Positions 48,886-59,094 of a stretch of 64,000 nucleotides of DNA are shown here, piece by piece (position 1 is the first letter of the stretch; each line of letters begins with the position of its first letter). Source of the DNA: a virus. The position numbers and the translations under genes were made by a program. The stretch lies in IMG/VR virus record IMGVR_UViG_3300037440_000222. One strand, 5' to 3'. The notes below the pieces were generated by a model. It did no database searches, was not told the origin of the DNA, and was given only the letters and a program-made list of their open reading frames with translations.

Positions 48886-50231
48886 TGGAACAAATCGCAC
48901 GCACCAACCACGACTCGTTATACTGGCTAGACGGAAAGACTGGTAAGCCCGTAACTACCCGTCACAAAGATACTACATGGTGGACGCAGAAGAAAGACTA
49001 TCCTTATCCAATGACGATAGAGATTATGTCCACGCCCAACGGTGGCGGCAATTCACCGCGCTATAACGATGAGTGGTTAGAATGGCTTATCGAACTAAAT
49101 AACCGTCATGGACAGAACAATTCCCAACAAGCTATCCGCAGACTAGCTGCCGTCTTATTCAATCGTGCAGCAAACTCACACTTATCCCACAAGAAATATG
49201 TTGAGCTAGGTGACAATCCCAAAGCGGAAGCAATCACGACCGGAAGCGGTTATACAGTAGGCGGTGTCTATCTTGCTAACTATGTCAAAATTATTGGCGA
49301 TAAACAAAACAACGCTTATCCTATCGAAACTCTTTGCATCAAAGACCGTCCGCCCAATCTTGACGAAGTTAACCCCGACACTCACCGCTGGCTATTTTGT
49401 CTAGGAACTTCCATCGACAATGGCAAAATCCTTGCGCCCGATAATTTACCCGCAACTGGTTATGCGCCAAACGGATACCCTACAATAACGTGGTGGCCGT
49501 TGCTAACAAAGGAACGAGTAGCATTTATCCGTGCAGAAAAAGTCACTATCGGTGTATCTATCCCGACCAACTCAAAACCTATTCCCGAACCTGACAGGAG
49601 TAATCAAATGGCTAACAAAGGTTTCATCGCAATTGTAGATAACGACCTCGGAGTTCACGTTCTACGCGAGTCCACCGACCCTGAGCGTTATCAAAATATT
49701 ATTGATGTTGCGTTCACGCCCCAAGTGCCGCCTGACCCCAAACCCGTTCCAGAACCTGACCAACTTACCCTGCTCTGGCCTACTGTCGAGAAGCGCGTGA
49801 CCCAACGGTTCGGCGTAAATGCACATATCTATTCCAAATTCGGACTTCCTGCGCACGGCGGACTCGACTTAGCCGCACCGATGGATAGCAAACTGTTCGC
49901 AGTTACGGATATGAAATGCAGTCGCGTCGATACACAGACTCAGCATCCGTCCTACGGTTGGTCTGTCCGTTTCGAGTTCAAACATGCAGGTTTCACCTAC
50001 GAAGTCACCTACGCTCATCTAATCAGACCCGCTAAAGTTCGTGTGGGCGATGTTGTGCAACGCGGCGCGGTTATTGGGTTCGCGGACAGTACGGGGAACT
50101 CAACAGGTTCGCATCTGCATATTATGTTGAAGAAGTTTGGCGCGACTGCACGGAAAGAGAATGTTTATAACGGTGTTCAGTGGCCTTTCGACATCGTGGA
50201 CGTTACCCCATACTTCGCTGAGTTGCGTTAA
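48885..50231 (+). CDS. M23 (LytM-type) peptidoglycan metallopeptidase, probable endolysin or virion lysin
   Basis: C-terminal HGGLDLAAP (HxxxD), YAHLIRPAKVRVGDVVQRGAVIGFADSTGNSTGSHLHIML (HxH). Confidence 0.8.
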   Translation: MEQIARTNHDSLYWLDGKTGKPVTTRHKDTTWWTQKKDYPYPMTIEIMSTPNGGGNSPRYNDEWLEWLIELNNRHGQNNSQQAIRRLAAVLFNRAANSHLSHKKYVELGDNPKAEAITTGSGYTVGGVYLANYVKIIGDKQNNAYPIETLCIKDRPPNLDEVNPDTHRWLFCLGTSIDNGKILAPDNLPATGYAPNGYPTITWWPLLTKERVAFIRAEKVTIGVSIPTNSKPIPEPDRSNQMANKGFIAIVDNDLGVHVLRESTDPERYQNIIDVAFTPQVPPDPKPVPEPDQLTLLWPTVEKRVTQRFGVNAHIYSKFGLPAHGGLDLAAPMDSKLFAVTDMKCSRVDTQTQHPSYGWSVRFEFKHAGFTYEVTYAHLIRPAKVRVGDVVQRGAVIGFADSTGNSTGSHLHIMLKKFGATARKENVYNGVQWPFDIVDVTPYFAELR

Positions 50232-50233
50232 TC

Positions 50234-50788
50234 ATGCACCGCTGGCTAGCATTAGTTGAACAATTTGACAACGAAAATCTACGTCCTATTCCTGAACCAT
50301 TGTCAGGCATTCGTTATACGTTTCAGGAATTGTCTGACAATGGTATCAGCATTGTTCGTAGGATTAAGGCGTTCAACGGAACAGATACCTACATCTATAT
50401 CCTAAAACGCTCCATTCCCTATCTCATCGAAAACGAAGTGGCGTTCCTTAATGTCATGCAATCCTCTGGCTACGTCCCACGCTTTGACCGCTATGACAAA
50501 TATACTCTACGCATAGAGGACTTGGGACAGTCCGAACCTGTTACCAACTGGTCTATATTCCGTGACCATTGTGCTAAATTGCTACACGCGCTAAGTTCCC
50601 GTTCTGTCAGGCACGGTGACATCACTGAGCAGGCGGTTATTATCCGTAACAATAAACCGTATCTGATTGACTTCGCGGAGTCCCGTTGGAAATATGACTC
50701 TGCGCCAGATAAACAGGGTAAGACTGATGAAACCCTAATGGGTGAATTGGTGCATCGTTTAGTTGCAAGAGCTACTACGAGCGCGTAA
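50234..50788 (+). CDS. small protein-kinase-fold (RIO/Kdo-kinase-like) protein
   Basis: SVRHGDITEQAVIIRNNKPYLIDFAES resembles the catalytic loop plus metal-binding DF motif of RIO/LPS kinases (HGDL.e.N.l......lIDf). Confidence 0.45.
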   Translation: MHRWLALVEQFDNENLRPIPEPLSGIRYTFQELSDNGISIVRRIKAFNGTDTYIYILKRSIPYLIENEVAFLNVMQSSGYVPRFDRYDKYTLRIEDLGQSEPVTNWSIFRDHCAKLLHALSSRSVRHGDITEQAVIIRNNKPYLIDFAESRWKYDSAPDKQGKTDETLMGELVHRLVARATTSA

Positions 50789-51576
50789 TGACTGAAATAG
50801 ACGACTTGGTAACTATCTCTGCCGATGACGGCGACATCATCCTCGTTAAGACAGACAATAATGATGCGTTTCATTCATTCGTTGACATCTACGGACGCGC
50901 CAATCCACAAAAGCGCGTAGTGTTCCTTGCCGTCGAGTCCCTGGATGACGTTCGTAAAGCTGACCCCCGCGCATTGTGGAAACTAGGACTGTTGCAAAAT
51001 AATTTCAAGTTCCCGTCCGACACCAATACTCGCGCAGAAGCAATGTGGTTTTTTATCCAACAAACTGTTCACTTTCAGGGCAAGAATGTCATTGACTTAG
51101 GTTGCGGAACAGGCGACTTCCTTCATCGCGCATTTGAAGCGGGAGCGCAACACGTTCAAGGCGTTGATAAAGACCCGTCGCGCATCCACGTCCCATCTAT
51201 TTTTATCGGCAACCGTATGCTTATTGCTGCAAATAACGTTCTCGGTGGTGTTGGTAAAAACCTATCCTTTGACCTAAATGCTGCAATAGCCGAGGACTTC
51301 CGTTTCCAACCGAAATATGAAATTGCGTTCTGTTTTAGCGTCCTACCGTATCTTGACGACCCACATGTAGCTTTGAAATGGATGCACAGCAACTTTGATA
51401 CGCTTGTCCTTGAATTTCAATATGCTGGCGATGGCAACGGATTTGACTTTATAAAAGATGATACAGATGCGCTGGAACTTATCAGAACGAACACCGACTA
51501 TAAACTAGAGGTAATCGGTAAAACTCCTGTCAAAGAGGACAAATTCTATCGCACTATCTGGCTATGCACAAAATGA
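50788..51576 (+). CDS. class I SAM-dependent methyltransferase
   Basis: Motif I VIDLGCGTGDFLHRAFEAGAQHVQGVD. TAATG coupling with the upstream gene. Confidence 0.75.
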   Translation: MTEIDDLVTISADDGDIILVKTDNNDAFHSFVDIYGRANPQKRVVFLAVESLDDVRKADPRALWKLGLLQNNFKFPSDTNTRAEAMWFFIQQTVHFQGKNVIDLGCGTGDFLHRAFEAGAQHVQGVDKDPSRIHVPSIFIGNRMLIAANNVLGGVGKNLSFDLNAAIAEDFRFQPKYEIAFCFSVLPYLDDPHVALKWMHSNFDTLVLEFQYAGDGNGFDFIKDDTDALELIRTNTDYKLEVIGKTPVKEDKFYRTIWLCTK

Positions 51577-52328
51577 CAAACACCGACCTACAAATCATCG
51601 TCACCACCTGTGACAAATACGCGTGGGCATTGCGACCATCTGCATACTTATTCAACACTCATTGGTCTGCATCCGCACTTGTCCACGTCCTTTGCGAGTC
51701 ACCCATCAGCAATCTACCTCCCAACTTCCAACCACGTCCTATCTCGCTACCCGATAACGGCGGTTGGCCTCGCAAATTATGGACAGACGGTTTGATAAAA
51801 TACCTGCATTCCATCCCGCAGCAATTTGTCATTATCATGTTAGAAGATTACTGGCTGACCCGCGACGTGAACCTACCTGCCATCGACTACGCGCTGGAAT
51901 ACATGATGCAATACCGTTCTATCCTGCGCGTTGACTTAACTACTGACCGACTCTACGCCGGTGGAGTTAAGCAACACGACACTTACCGCTGGTTAGACTT
52001 TGTGCAAGCTGACCATTCCCCTTACGAAATGTCGCTGATGCCTGGGTTGTGGAACAAGAAACTGTTACTGGATATTTTAGAACCTGGCTGGTCGCCTTGG
52101 GACGTAGAAACTATCGGAACGAACAAGGTTAACGAGAGCGAAATGGTTGTGCTTGGAACACGTCAGAACCCTATCACTTTTGTTAATGGGATGCGCGACC
52201 ATACTGAAGACGTGAATGTCAACGGTATAAAAGAACCGCATCGCTCAAAGGTAAAAGAATGGATTCCGACCAATGCGGAAATTGTTGATTTTCCCTGGCA
52301 CGAACGACCGAACAATAAACCTGATTAG
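51564..52328 (+). CDS. hypothetical protein in the glycan island
   Basis: ORF track. An alternative ATG at 51573 gives an ATGA overlap. No motif recognised. Confidence 0.55.
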   Translation: MHKMTNTDLQIIVTTCDKYAWALRPSAYLFNTHWSASALVHVLCESPISNLPPNFQPRPISLPDNGGWPRKLWTDGLIKYLHSIPQQFVIIMLEDYWLTRDVNLPAIDYALEYMMQYRSILRVDLTTDRLYAGGVKQHDTYRWLDFVQADHSPYEMSLMPGLWNKKLLLDILEPGWSPWDVETIGTNKVNESEMVVLGTRQNPITFVNGMRDHTEDVNVNGIKEPHRSKVKEWIPTNAEIVDFPWHERPNNKPD

Positions 52329-52334
52329 GAGTTT

Positions 52335-52718
52335 GTGATGATTGAAAGAATTCTCAAAAAGTTTGGTTATTTGAAATATTCAGAATTGTCAAAATTACTA
52401 AATGAACCCAAAAAGACAAGGGTCAAATGGATAACCATAGAAAATGCAAGTAGCAAAAAAAAGAATTTCTATCATAAACTTAGAGTGAAAGATATTAGTG
52501 AATATATCTTTCCAGATTTTCCGAGTCCTTATTTTCTAGCGCCTGATGATGATAAAAGTATACGAGAGAAATTGCCAGAAAGTGCCGAGATTACTTTTAT
52601 CATGAATTCGGGAAGAATTATCAAAACCAAAGTGGCTATCAGACATTTAGACGCGATTACTAAAATACTTGATGAGGAGTTATATCAATTTTATTCCTCA
52701 TACCGTGTTTGGGAATAA
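52335..52718 (+). CDS. hypothetical protein, AT-rich coding region
   Basis: ORF track. RBS GGAG. Confidence 0.5.
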   Translation: MMIERILKKFGYLKYSELSKLLNEPKKTRVKWITIENASSKKKNFYHKLRVKDISEYIFPDFPSPYFLAPDDDKSIREKLPESAEITFIMNSGRIIKTKVAIRHLDAITKILDEELYQFYSSYRVWE

Positions 52719-53302
52719 CAATGACAACTAAATCCTACGAATTACAACGCGCACTCGGATATTTACATATCCCTGAACTTGACTTACTTATTCACACAGT
52801 CAAATCCCTGCCCGCTAATCCAATTGTAGCCAATTTGGGCGCAGGTGGTGGCACGTCAGGAACGGCAATTGCGGAATCCCGCAACGACGTAACTCTTATC
52901 ACCGTTGATAAAACTTTTGACGCCTCCCCGCTTGGTTGTATAGTTGCAGAAATCAACGCATTGAAAGAAATTGGCTTACATGACAAAATGGTTAAAGAAA
53001 ACCGCTATTTCACTATACACGGTAACAGTCCCGACGTTGGACTCTATTGGGAACAACACGCTAACCAATTTGGTATCCATCCTGAACTAGATATGGTATT
53101 TATCGACGGCGACCACTCCTATGAAGGATGCAAAGCAGACATCGAAATGTGGACACCGCACATCAGACACGAAGGTATCGTTGCTATTCACGACTATGAC
53201 CCTGTTATGTGGCAAAGCGTGGTGAAGGCAACTGACGATATGATGAAAGACCATGTTCAGATAGCGTTAGTGGATAGTCTTATCGTGTTTGAGTTGCGCT
53301 AG
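52709..53302 (+). CDS. class I SAM methyltransferase (Methyltransf_24/CmcI-like)
   Basis: VANLGAGGGTSGTAIAE (motif I) and MVFIDGDHSYEGCKADIEMW...GIVAIHDY. Confidence 0.65.
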   Translation: MGITMTTKSYELQRALGYLHIPELDLLIHTVKSLPANPIVANLGAGGGTSGTAIAESRNDVTLITVDKTFDASPLGCIVAEINALKEIGLHDKMVKENRYFTIHGNSPDVGLYWEQHANQFGIHPELDMVFIDGDHSYEGCKADIEMWTPHIRHEGIVAIHDYDPVMWQSVVKATDDMMKDHVQIALVDSLIVFELR

Positions 53303-54017
53303 ACAGATGTCAAAGGAACAAATCCATGTCGTAGGCTATCCGCGTTCCGGTAACGTCTGGATGTCACGATTACTAGGTGACGCGCTAGACAGTCCTGTAA
53401 AATCAGGTGGCGGCAAGGTTTCTATTGCGGACGAAGGATTAGACCGTCGGGGAAACTATATTATCCGCCAGCGTCACTTAAAACGACTACCGTCTGAGGG
53501 AAAAATCGTGTTCGTCTATCGTGACCCGCGTGATGTCGCAGTATCGTTCGCCCACTATTGGCAAACAACGTTACAGGACGCGATTGACCGCATCGGACAC
53601 GGAAACCCTAAACATCTAAAAGGTTGGTCGTGGTTGCGTTTCATGCAGCATTGGTACGAAACTAAATATGAGAACATGACGTGGGTAAGCTACGAACAGT
53701 TGCAAAGGAACACGGTCGGACATCTAAAAATCATCATGTTCATCCTTGACTTGAAACCGACCAAACCGTTGCAGCGTGTGGTTCATAGACAATCCTTTGC
53801 AGTACGCAAACGCCTAATCTCATACTTAGGTGACAATTGCAAAACCTATAACGCTGGAATTCAGAATCAATCTATGCGTGCAGGACGTTCAGGTGATTGG
53901 TGTGAACAATTCAATCCTGAACAGCGTAAGCAAACGCATGATTTATGGTGGGATTGGTTGAAGTTGCTAGGTTACGAATCTGATGAAAATTGGTGGATGG
54001 ATAAATGTCTAATCTAA
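53289..54017 (+). CDS. sulfotransferase-domain protein
   Basis: 5'-PSB-like IHVVGYPRSGNVWMSRLL and 3'-PB-like IVFVYRDPRDVAVSFAHY. An internal ATG at 53307 is possible. Confidence 0.7.
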   Translation: MSCARQMSKEQIHVVGYPRSGNVWMSRLLGDALDSPVKSGGGKVSIADEGLDRRGNYIIRQRHLKRLPSEGKIVFVYRDPRDVAVSFAHYWQTTLQDAIDRIGHGNPKHLKGWSWLRFMQHWYETKYENMTWVSYEQLQRNTVGHLKIIMFILDLKPTKPLQRVVHRQSFAVRKRLISYLGDNCKTYNAGIQNQSMRAGRSGDWCEQFNPEQRKQTHDLWWDWLKLLGYESDENWWMDKCLI

Positions 54018-57000
54018 AAGTCTTGATGAAGCCGCATCTTGATAGTTTTGATAAACACGAATCAGGTATTCGTCGTGTAATTGAGCAATATTTCCGCCTA
54101 CTTCCCAATTATGGTATCGACCTTGTTAATTCCGACGCAACCAGCTATGATTTGCTTGCAGTACATGCAGGTATGACGGGGGCAGATGCGGATATAGCGC
54201 ATTTACACGGAGTATATTTTACTGCCGACTATCCAGCATCCGCATGGGAATATCGAGCAAATGAACACATTGTCCACGCGCTACGCAACGCTTTAGAAGT
54301 CACCGTTCCGTCAAATTGGGTCGCAGAAACTATCCAGCATGATATGCGTTTCAATCCTACCGTTGTTCCGCACGGTATTATTCCTGAAGAATGGGAACAC
54401 TCTTACCGACTACAAGACTATATCTTATGGAATAAGAATCGTAACGCAGATGTGTGCGACCCGACTCCAGTTATCAACCTTGCACGCTTACGCCCCAACG
54501 CACAGTTCAAAATCACGTTCTATCCTACTAATCAGACCGCACCGTTGAAAAATGTGCAAGCAATCGGGATGCAGCAGCATGACGTTATGAGACGAATAAT
54601 CAAATCTGCACAAGTCTATCTATCCACAACTAAAGAGACGTTTGGCATCGGCATCCTAGAAGCACTTGCAGCAGGCGTTCCGGTTCTAGGCTATAAGTAT
54701 GGTGGTAACACTATGCTGGTCGAACATGGTATCAACGGCTACTTAGCGCGAGTCGGGGACGTTGAAGACCTTGCGCGTGGTCTAGATTACTGCATAAAGC
54801 ACCGTGACGTTCTATCTGCTAACGCACGAGTCACCGCCAAAAAATGGGATTGGCCGAGCGCGGTTGAGAAAGTTGCGCAAGTTTACCAACGCGCTTACCA
54901 GAAGAAACTAGCAATTTCTTCATCCGATTACTATTCCACCGCCGTTGTTATCCCATGTTACAACTATGCTCACACGTTAGAACGTGCTGTCAAATCTGCA
55001 TTGTCCCAAACGCACCAACCTACTGAAATCATCATTGTCGACGATGGTTCAACTGACAACACCCGTGAAGTTGCGGAACGTTTACAATCCGAACACGCTA
55101 TCGTTGAATACGTCTACCAAGAGAATTTAGGTGTCGCTCATGCCCGTAACACAGGTATCTCATTATCAAAGTCTAATTTTATTTGTTGCTTAGACGCTGA
55201 CGATGCGCTCGAACCCCGTTTTCTGGAAGCGTGTATAGACCCGTTCCGCACCGACCGTTCACTCGGAATCACCTACACCGGCATCATGACCGTTCACGAA
55301 GATGGACGGCAGGAATTGTCACAATGGCCGGAAGAATTCAACGCAGACAAACAACTATCTCCACGCGGCGCAGACAATCTACGTGGTCAGAATCAGATAC
55401 CTACGTGTAACGTGTTCAAACGTCAAGCGTGGGAGCGCACAGGCGGTTATCGGCAACGGTACGCACCACTAGGTGCAGGCGCGGAAGATGCAGAATTCTG
55501 GACACGTATTGTCTCACTCGGCTACGGTGCTAAAAAAGCGACCAACGCGGGACTGTTCTTGTACTCACTCAATTCTGGCGGAGTGTCCCGCGCATGGAAC
55601 GATGGGTCAGTTGACAAGAATTTGCTAGAACCGCAATGGCTATCTATGCACCCATTTTCGCGTGACCGCCGTCACCCATTTGCCAGTCGTGCCACTCCGG
55701 TCAATGGCGTTTCGCACCCTGTTAGACAGTATGACGAGCCAGTTGTGTCAATTGTCATTCCTGTAGGAATAAGTCACTTGCAGCAGGTTATCAACGCGAT
55801 AGACTCGGTGGAAGCGCAGTCCTACCGTAAGTGGGAGTGCATCGTAGTCATTGACGGCGTACTCATTCCTGACGAATTGGAAACTGCGTATCCGTTTGTA
55901 AAATTTTATTCAACAGGCTACGGACGCATCGGTGCAGGTGCAGCACGTAATCTAGGCGCAAAACACGCACGCGCCCCGTTTCTGGTATTTCTGGACGCGG
56001 ACGACTCATTACACCCCGACTTTCTGCTAAAGTCCCTAACTTACTGGCGCGAGTATAAATCTATCATCTATACCGATTACGTTAATAAGATTATCGTCTC
56101 GCCTGAAGGTCTGCAAGACTTTCCGCAACAAGACGTGCTATCCTACATTGAGAAAACGCAGGAAGCGGTCATTGCTGGACGTTCAGCAGACTATGACTGC
56201 GACCGCGCACAGGCGCAAGGCGACTCAGGCAACCGCGACCTGTACCATTGGTGTCTAGTTACCTGTCTTGTCCCGAAAGTCTGGCACGATGAAATAGGCG
56301 GGTTCGATGAGAAAATGCAGACCTTTGAGGACGTACTCTACCATTGGTCACTTGCCCGAAAAGGATATTGTTACACCCGACTCCCCGAACAACTTATCGT
56401 TTACCGAATGTATACCGGACAACGACGCGAATTAGCATCACTCTACACCGACGAAGGTAGACAGAACGCGACCAAGATGCTAGAATATGCTTGGTCACAA
56501 CTACAAGGAATAGAAAAAATGGCGTGCGCAAAATGTCCCACCCCCAAACGACAAACTATCAATTTGGAACAAAGTATGGTGTCACTTATGAGTAACCCAA
56601 CTAATCAGCAACAGACAGGTAAAGAAGACGACAACTACGGAATGTATGACTACACGCATCCTAATCGCGGCAATCACAAAGTTGTTGGTGCGGTTACTAG
56701 ACGAGACTACGGATACCGTCAAGGCGGTGAGCGTTTCTTAGTCCATCACGCAGACGCACAAGCACTTCCGCAATATTTCCGTCTAGTGCAGGAAACGACT
56801 ATCGAAGGCGTACCTGACATTGTTGATATTCCCGCCGCACCGCAGCCTATTCAGCCAATTATCCTTGACAGACCTGCTGAACAACCTGTTACAGAACACG
56901 TTACAGCGCAACTTATTGCAGAAATCAGCGATGATGACCTTCTATCCCATATCGCACCCGTTGCAGACACCGACCCTAAACGCATCATTGACGAGGAAAC

Positions 57001-57268
57001 TGACACGGTAAAGGACGAAATTGACCCCGAACCGCGCACCATCGCGTCCGCAGATGAACCAATCGACTTGACCAAACTTCCAGGTATCACTCCCGTAATC
57101 GCCGATATGTTACGTGCAGACGGTGTTGATACGAAGGCGAAAGTGCTTGCGTTGGGAGTAGAAGGATTGCAGAAATATTCAGGTATCGGTGAAGTCCGCG
57201 CAATGGGGATTATCACCGCGCTTGAAATTGACCAACGTGACGCAGAAACGGTTGTAGAGGAAGTGTAA
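54005..57268 (+). CDS. 1087-aa multidomain glycosyltransferase (GT4-like + two GT2-like modules + C-terminal HhH-like tail)
   Basis: GT4: TKETFGIGILEALAAGVPVLGYKYGGNTMLVEHGINGYL. GT2-1: VVIPCYNYAHTLERAVKSALSQTH..IIIVDDGSTDNT, CLDADDAL. GT2-2: SIVIPVGISHLQQVINAIDSVEAQSY..CIVVIDG, FLDADDSL. Confidence 0.85.
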   Translation: MSNLKVLMKPHLDSFDKHESGIRRVIEQYFRLLPNYGIDLVNSDATSYDLLAVHAGMTGADADIAHLHGVYFTADYPASAWEYRANEHIVHALRNALEVTVPSNWVAETIQHDMRFNPTVVPHGIIPEEWEHSYRLQDYILWNKNRNADVCDPTPVINLARLRPNAQFKITFYPTNQTAPLKNVQAIGMQQHDVMRRIIKSAQVYLSTTKETFGIGILEALAAGVPVLGYKYGGNTMLVEHGINGYLARVGDVEDLARGLDYCIKHRDVLSANARVTAKKWDWPSAVEKVAQVYQRAYQKKLAISSSDYYSTAVVIPCYNYAHTLERAVKSALSQTHQPTEIIIVDDGSTDNTREVAERLQSEHAIVEYVYQENLGVAHARNTGISLSKSNFICCLDADDALEPRFLEACIDPFRTDRSLGITYTGIMTVHEDGRQELSQWPEEFNADKQLSPRGADNLRGQNQIPTCNVFKRQAWERTGGYRQRYAPLGAGAEDAEFWTRIVSLGYGAKKATNAGLFLYSLNSGGVSRAWNDGSVDKNLLEPQWLSMHPFSRDRRHPFASRATPVNGVSHPVRQYDEPVVSIVIPVGISHLQQVINAIDSVEAQSYRKWECIVVIDGVLIPDELETAYPFVKFYSTGYGRIGAGAARNLGAKHARAPFLVFLDADDSLHPDFLLKSLTYWREYKSIIYTDYVNKIIVSPEGLQDFPQQDVLSYIEKTQEAVIAGRSADYDCDRAQAQGDSGNRDLYHWCLVTCLVPKVWHDEIGGFDEKMQTFEDVLYHWSLARKGYCYTRLPEQLIVYRMYTGQRRELASLYTDEGRQNATKMLEYAWSQLQGIEKMACAKCPTPKRQTINLEQSMVSLMSNPTNQQQTGKEDDNYGMYDYTHPNRGNHKVVGAVTRRDYGYRQGGERFLVHHADAQALPQYFRLVQETTIEGVPDIVDIPAAPQPIQPIILDRPAEQPVTEHVTAQLIAEISDDDLLSHIAPVADTDPKRIIDEETDTVKDEIDPEPRTIASADEPIDLTKLPGITPVIADMLRADGVDTKAKVLALGVEGLQKYSGIGEVRAMGIITALEIDQRDAETVVEEV

Positions 57269-57305
57269 AATGAGTTCTTGCTACTCACGAGATATACCCT
57301 AAACA

Positions 57306-57334
57306 TTGCAATAAATTCAAGAATGTTGTAGAAT
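57306..57334 (+). promoter_or_regulatory. sigma70 promoter (TTGCAA-17-TAGAAT)
   Basis: caTTGCAAtaaattcaagaatgttgTAGAATata. Confidence 0.55.
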
Positions 57335-57365
57335 ATATCTAACTGAATATTGCTGTTCGCTATCG

Positions 57366-57412
57366 AACTGGTGGCTTGCGTCTTTGACTAGATGCTTGCC
57401 GCCAGTTTTTGA
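57366..57412 (+). terminator. promoter-proximal intrinsic terminator/attenuator
   Basis: AACTGGTGGC/GCCGCCAGTT (one U.G on the plus strand) followed by TTTTTGATT. It ends 10 nt before the ATG at 57422. Confidence 0.55.
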
Positions 57413-57421
57413 TTAACTACT

Positions 57422-57739
57422 ATGTACTTCTATTTCTACTTTTTACTCACCGCACTTGCTATCTGGCGCATATCCTCACTTTTAGCGCGTGAGGACGGTC
57501 TATTTAACATCTTCCTACGCATCAGGCACTACGTTGGGGTGCGCTATGACGACAAATCGGAAACCTACGGAACGAACACCGTCTCTAAGGGAATTCTGTG
57601 CGTATGGTGTTCTTCCCTGTGGTTCACACCGTTCGCGTCGCTCCTGTTCGCTACAGACCCCGTAGAATGGTTGATTTATACACTATCGCTGTCCACAATC
57701 GTTATCTTGTTTGAGTCTACTATCACAAGGTTAAGTTAA
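57422..57739 (+). CDS. DUF1360-like membrane protein
   Basis: LTALAIWRISSLLAREDG...GILCVWCSSLWFTPFA resembles the DUF1360 pattern (fR...L...D ... C.wC.s.W). Confidence 0.45.
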   Translation: MYFYFYFLLTALAIWRISSLLAREDGLFNIFLRIRHYVGVRYDDKSETYGTNTVSKGILCVWCSSLWFTPFASLLFATDPVEWLIYTLSLSTIVILFESTITRLS

Positions 57740-59094
57740 TGTCCCGCGCAGACACACCAACCCTTCTACCTCTAGACACCTATGCTCGCATAATGGGACT
57801 AAACCCGCTTGCGTTCAATCAAGCTGTCGGACACGGAACAGATGACCGCGAGATATTCAAAATTGCCAACGCGCAGCAACCTATCACGTTCCAATACGAC
57901 TATCAGGGTCATTCACAACTGAGCCGCGAAACACTTGCACTCGCTATCAATCGTGCAGAACATGACATTGCTACCTATCTCGGATGGTGGCCTGCTCCTA
58001 TATGGATTTCGCAAGAAGTTAAACGTTTCCCGCGTCCATTTCTGAAATATGCGTTTGGCGACGGACTTGATTTACGCGGCCAAGAGAAGGCTGTCCGTAC
58101 AGAATGGGGCAAAGTGATACAAGGTGGTCGTCGCGCAACGACTCTGCTGGATACCGCCAACAAAGCTGTTGAAATGGTGTTTTCAGACGAGGATGGTGAC
58201 GGGTTTGACGAAACTGTCACTATCACGATTACGGGACTGACCATCACCAACGTCTGTGAAGCAAAGGTTTACTTTGCAGGTAAATCTGCTGACCCCGTGT
58301 GGGAGATACGTCCATTTCGTTCCAAAACGCTTACTGCCGGAACACTCGTTATCGTTGCTGATAGCTGGCTGTTCCTAGACCCCGACTTGCAGAACGCAAT
58401 CCCTATTGGTGACGACCACCCTGTTATCGACGCGGATGACATTGCCAATTACGTCGACTCCGTTGAAGTCTACCGTGAATTTACCGACTTTTCGCAAGCA
58501 TCTGCACAATTCCTGTGGGAACGCCAACCTAATCTAAAGCTAACATTTTGCACAAATTGTAGCAATACAGGTTGCGAAACCTGCTCTTACGTTGCACAAG
58601 ACGGCTGTCTGCTTCCTAAAAATCCGCACATGGGACTGGTATCGACTTCAGCAGCAGAATACGACTCTGTTGAAGAAGTCTGGAATCCGGTCAATTATGC
58701 TAACGTATGTTCAGCACTCGGAAACGGACGCGAACCAGATATTGTGAAACTGTGGTACTACGCTGGTTTCCTTCCGCAACGATATTTGGATGGGACGGTC
58801 TGCAACCCGCTTTCATTAGATAACCAACTTGCTCACGTTATTGCCTATCTTGCGACTGCACGATTAGATTGCGACTTCAACGCCAATAATAACGTTGCGC
58901 AACGGATGAAAATGTTGCAGCGCGACCACAGCGAGTCATTTGAGGGTGGAAGCACATTCTTTGTCGAACCGTCACTTTTAGATAATCCGTTTGGAACGCG
59001 ACTTGGCGAACTACGTGCCTATAAGACGCTCAAACAATTTACTGGACGCGGCGACCAGAAACGCATTGGTCAATGGTCGGCGGTGGCGGCGTAA
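57739..59094 (+). CDS. hypothetical virion-module protein (451 aa)
   Basis: ORF track. TAATG coupling on both sides. Confidence 0.55.
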   Translation: MSRADTPTLLPLDTYARIMGLNPLAFNQAVGHGTDDREIFKIANAQQPITFQYDYQGHSQLSRETLALAINRAEHDIATYLGWWPAPIWISQEVKRFPRPFLKYAFGDGLDLRGQEKAVRTEWGKVIQGGRRATTLLDTANKAVEMVFSDEDGDGFDETVTITITGLTITNVCEAKVYFAGKSADPVWEIRPFRSKTLTAGTLVIVADSWLFLDPDLQNAIPIGDDHPVIDADDIANYVDSVEVYREFTDFSQASAQFLWERQPNLKLTFCTNCSNTGCETCSYVAQDGCLLPKNPHMGLVSTSAAEYDSVEEVWNPVNYANVCSALGNGREPDIVKLWYYAGFLPQRYLDGTVCNPLSLDNQLAHVIAYLATARLDCDFNANNNVAQRMKMLQRDHSESFEGGSTFFVEPSLLDNPFGTRLGELRAYKTLKQFTGRGDQKRIGQWSAVAA

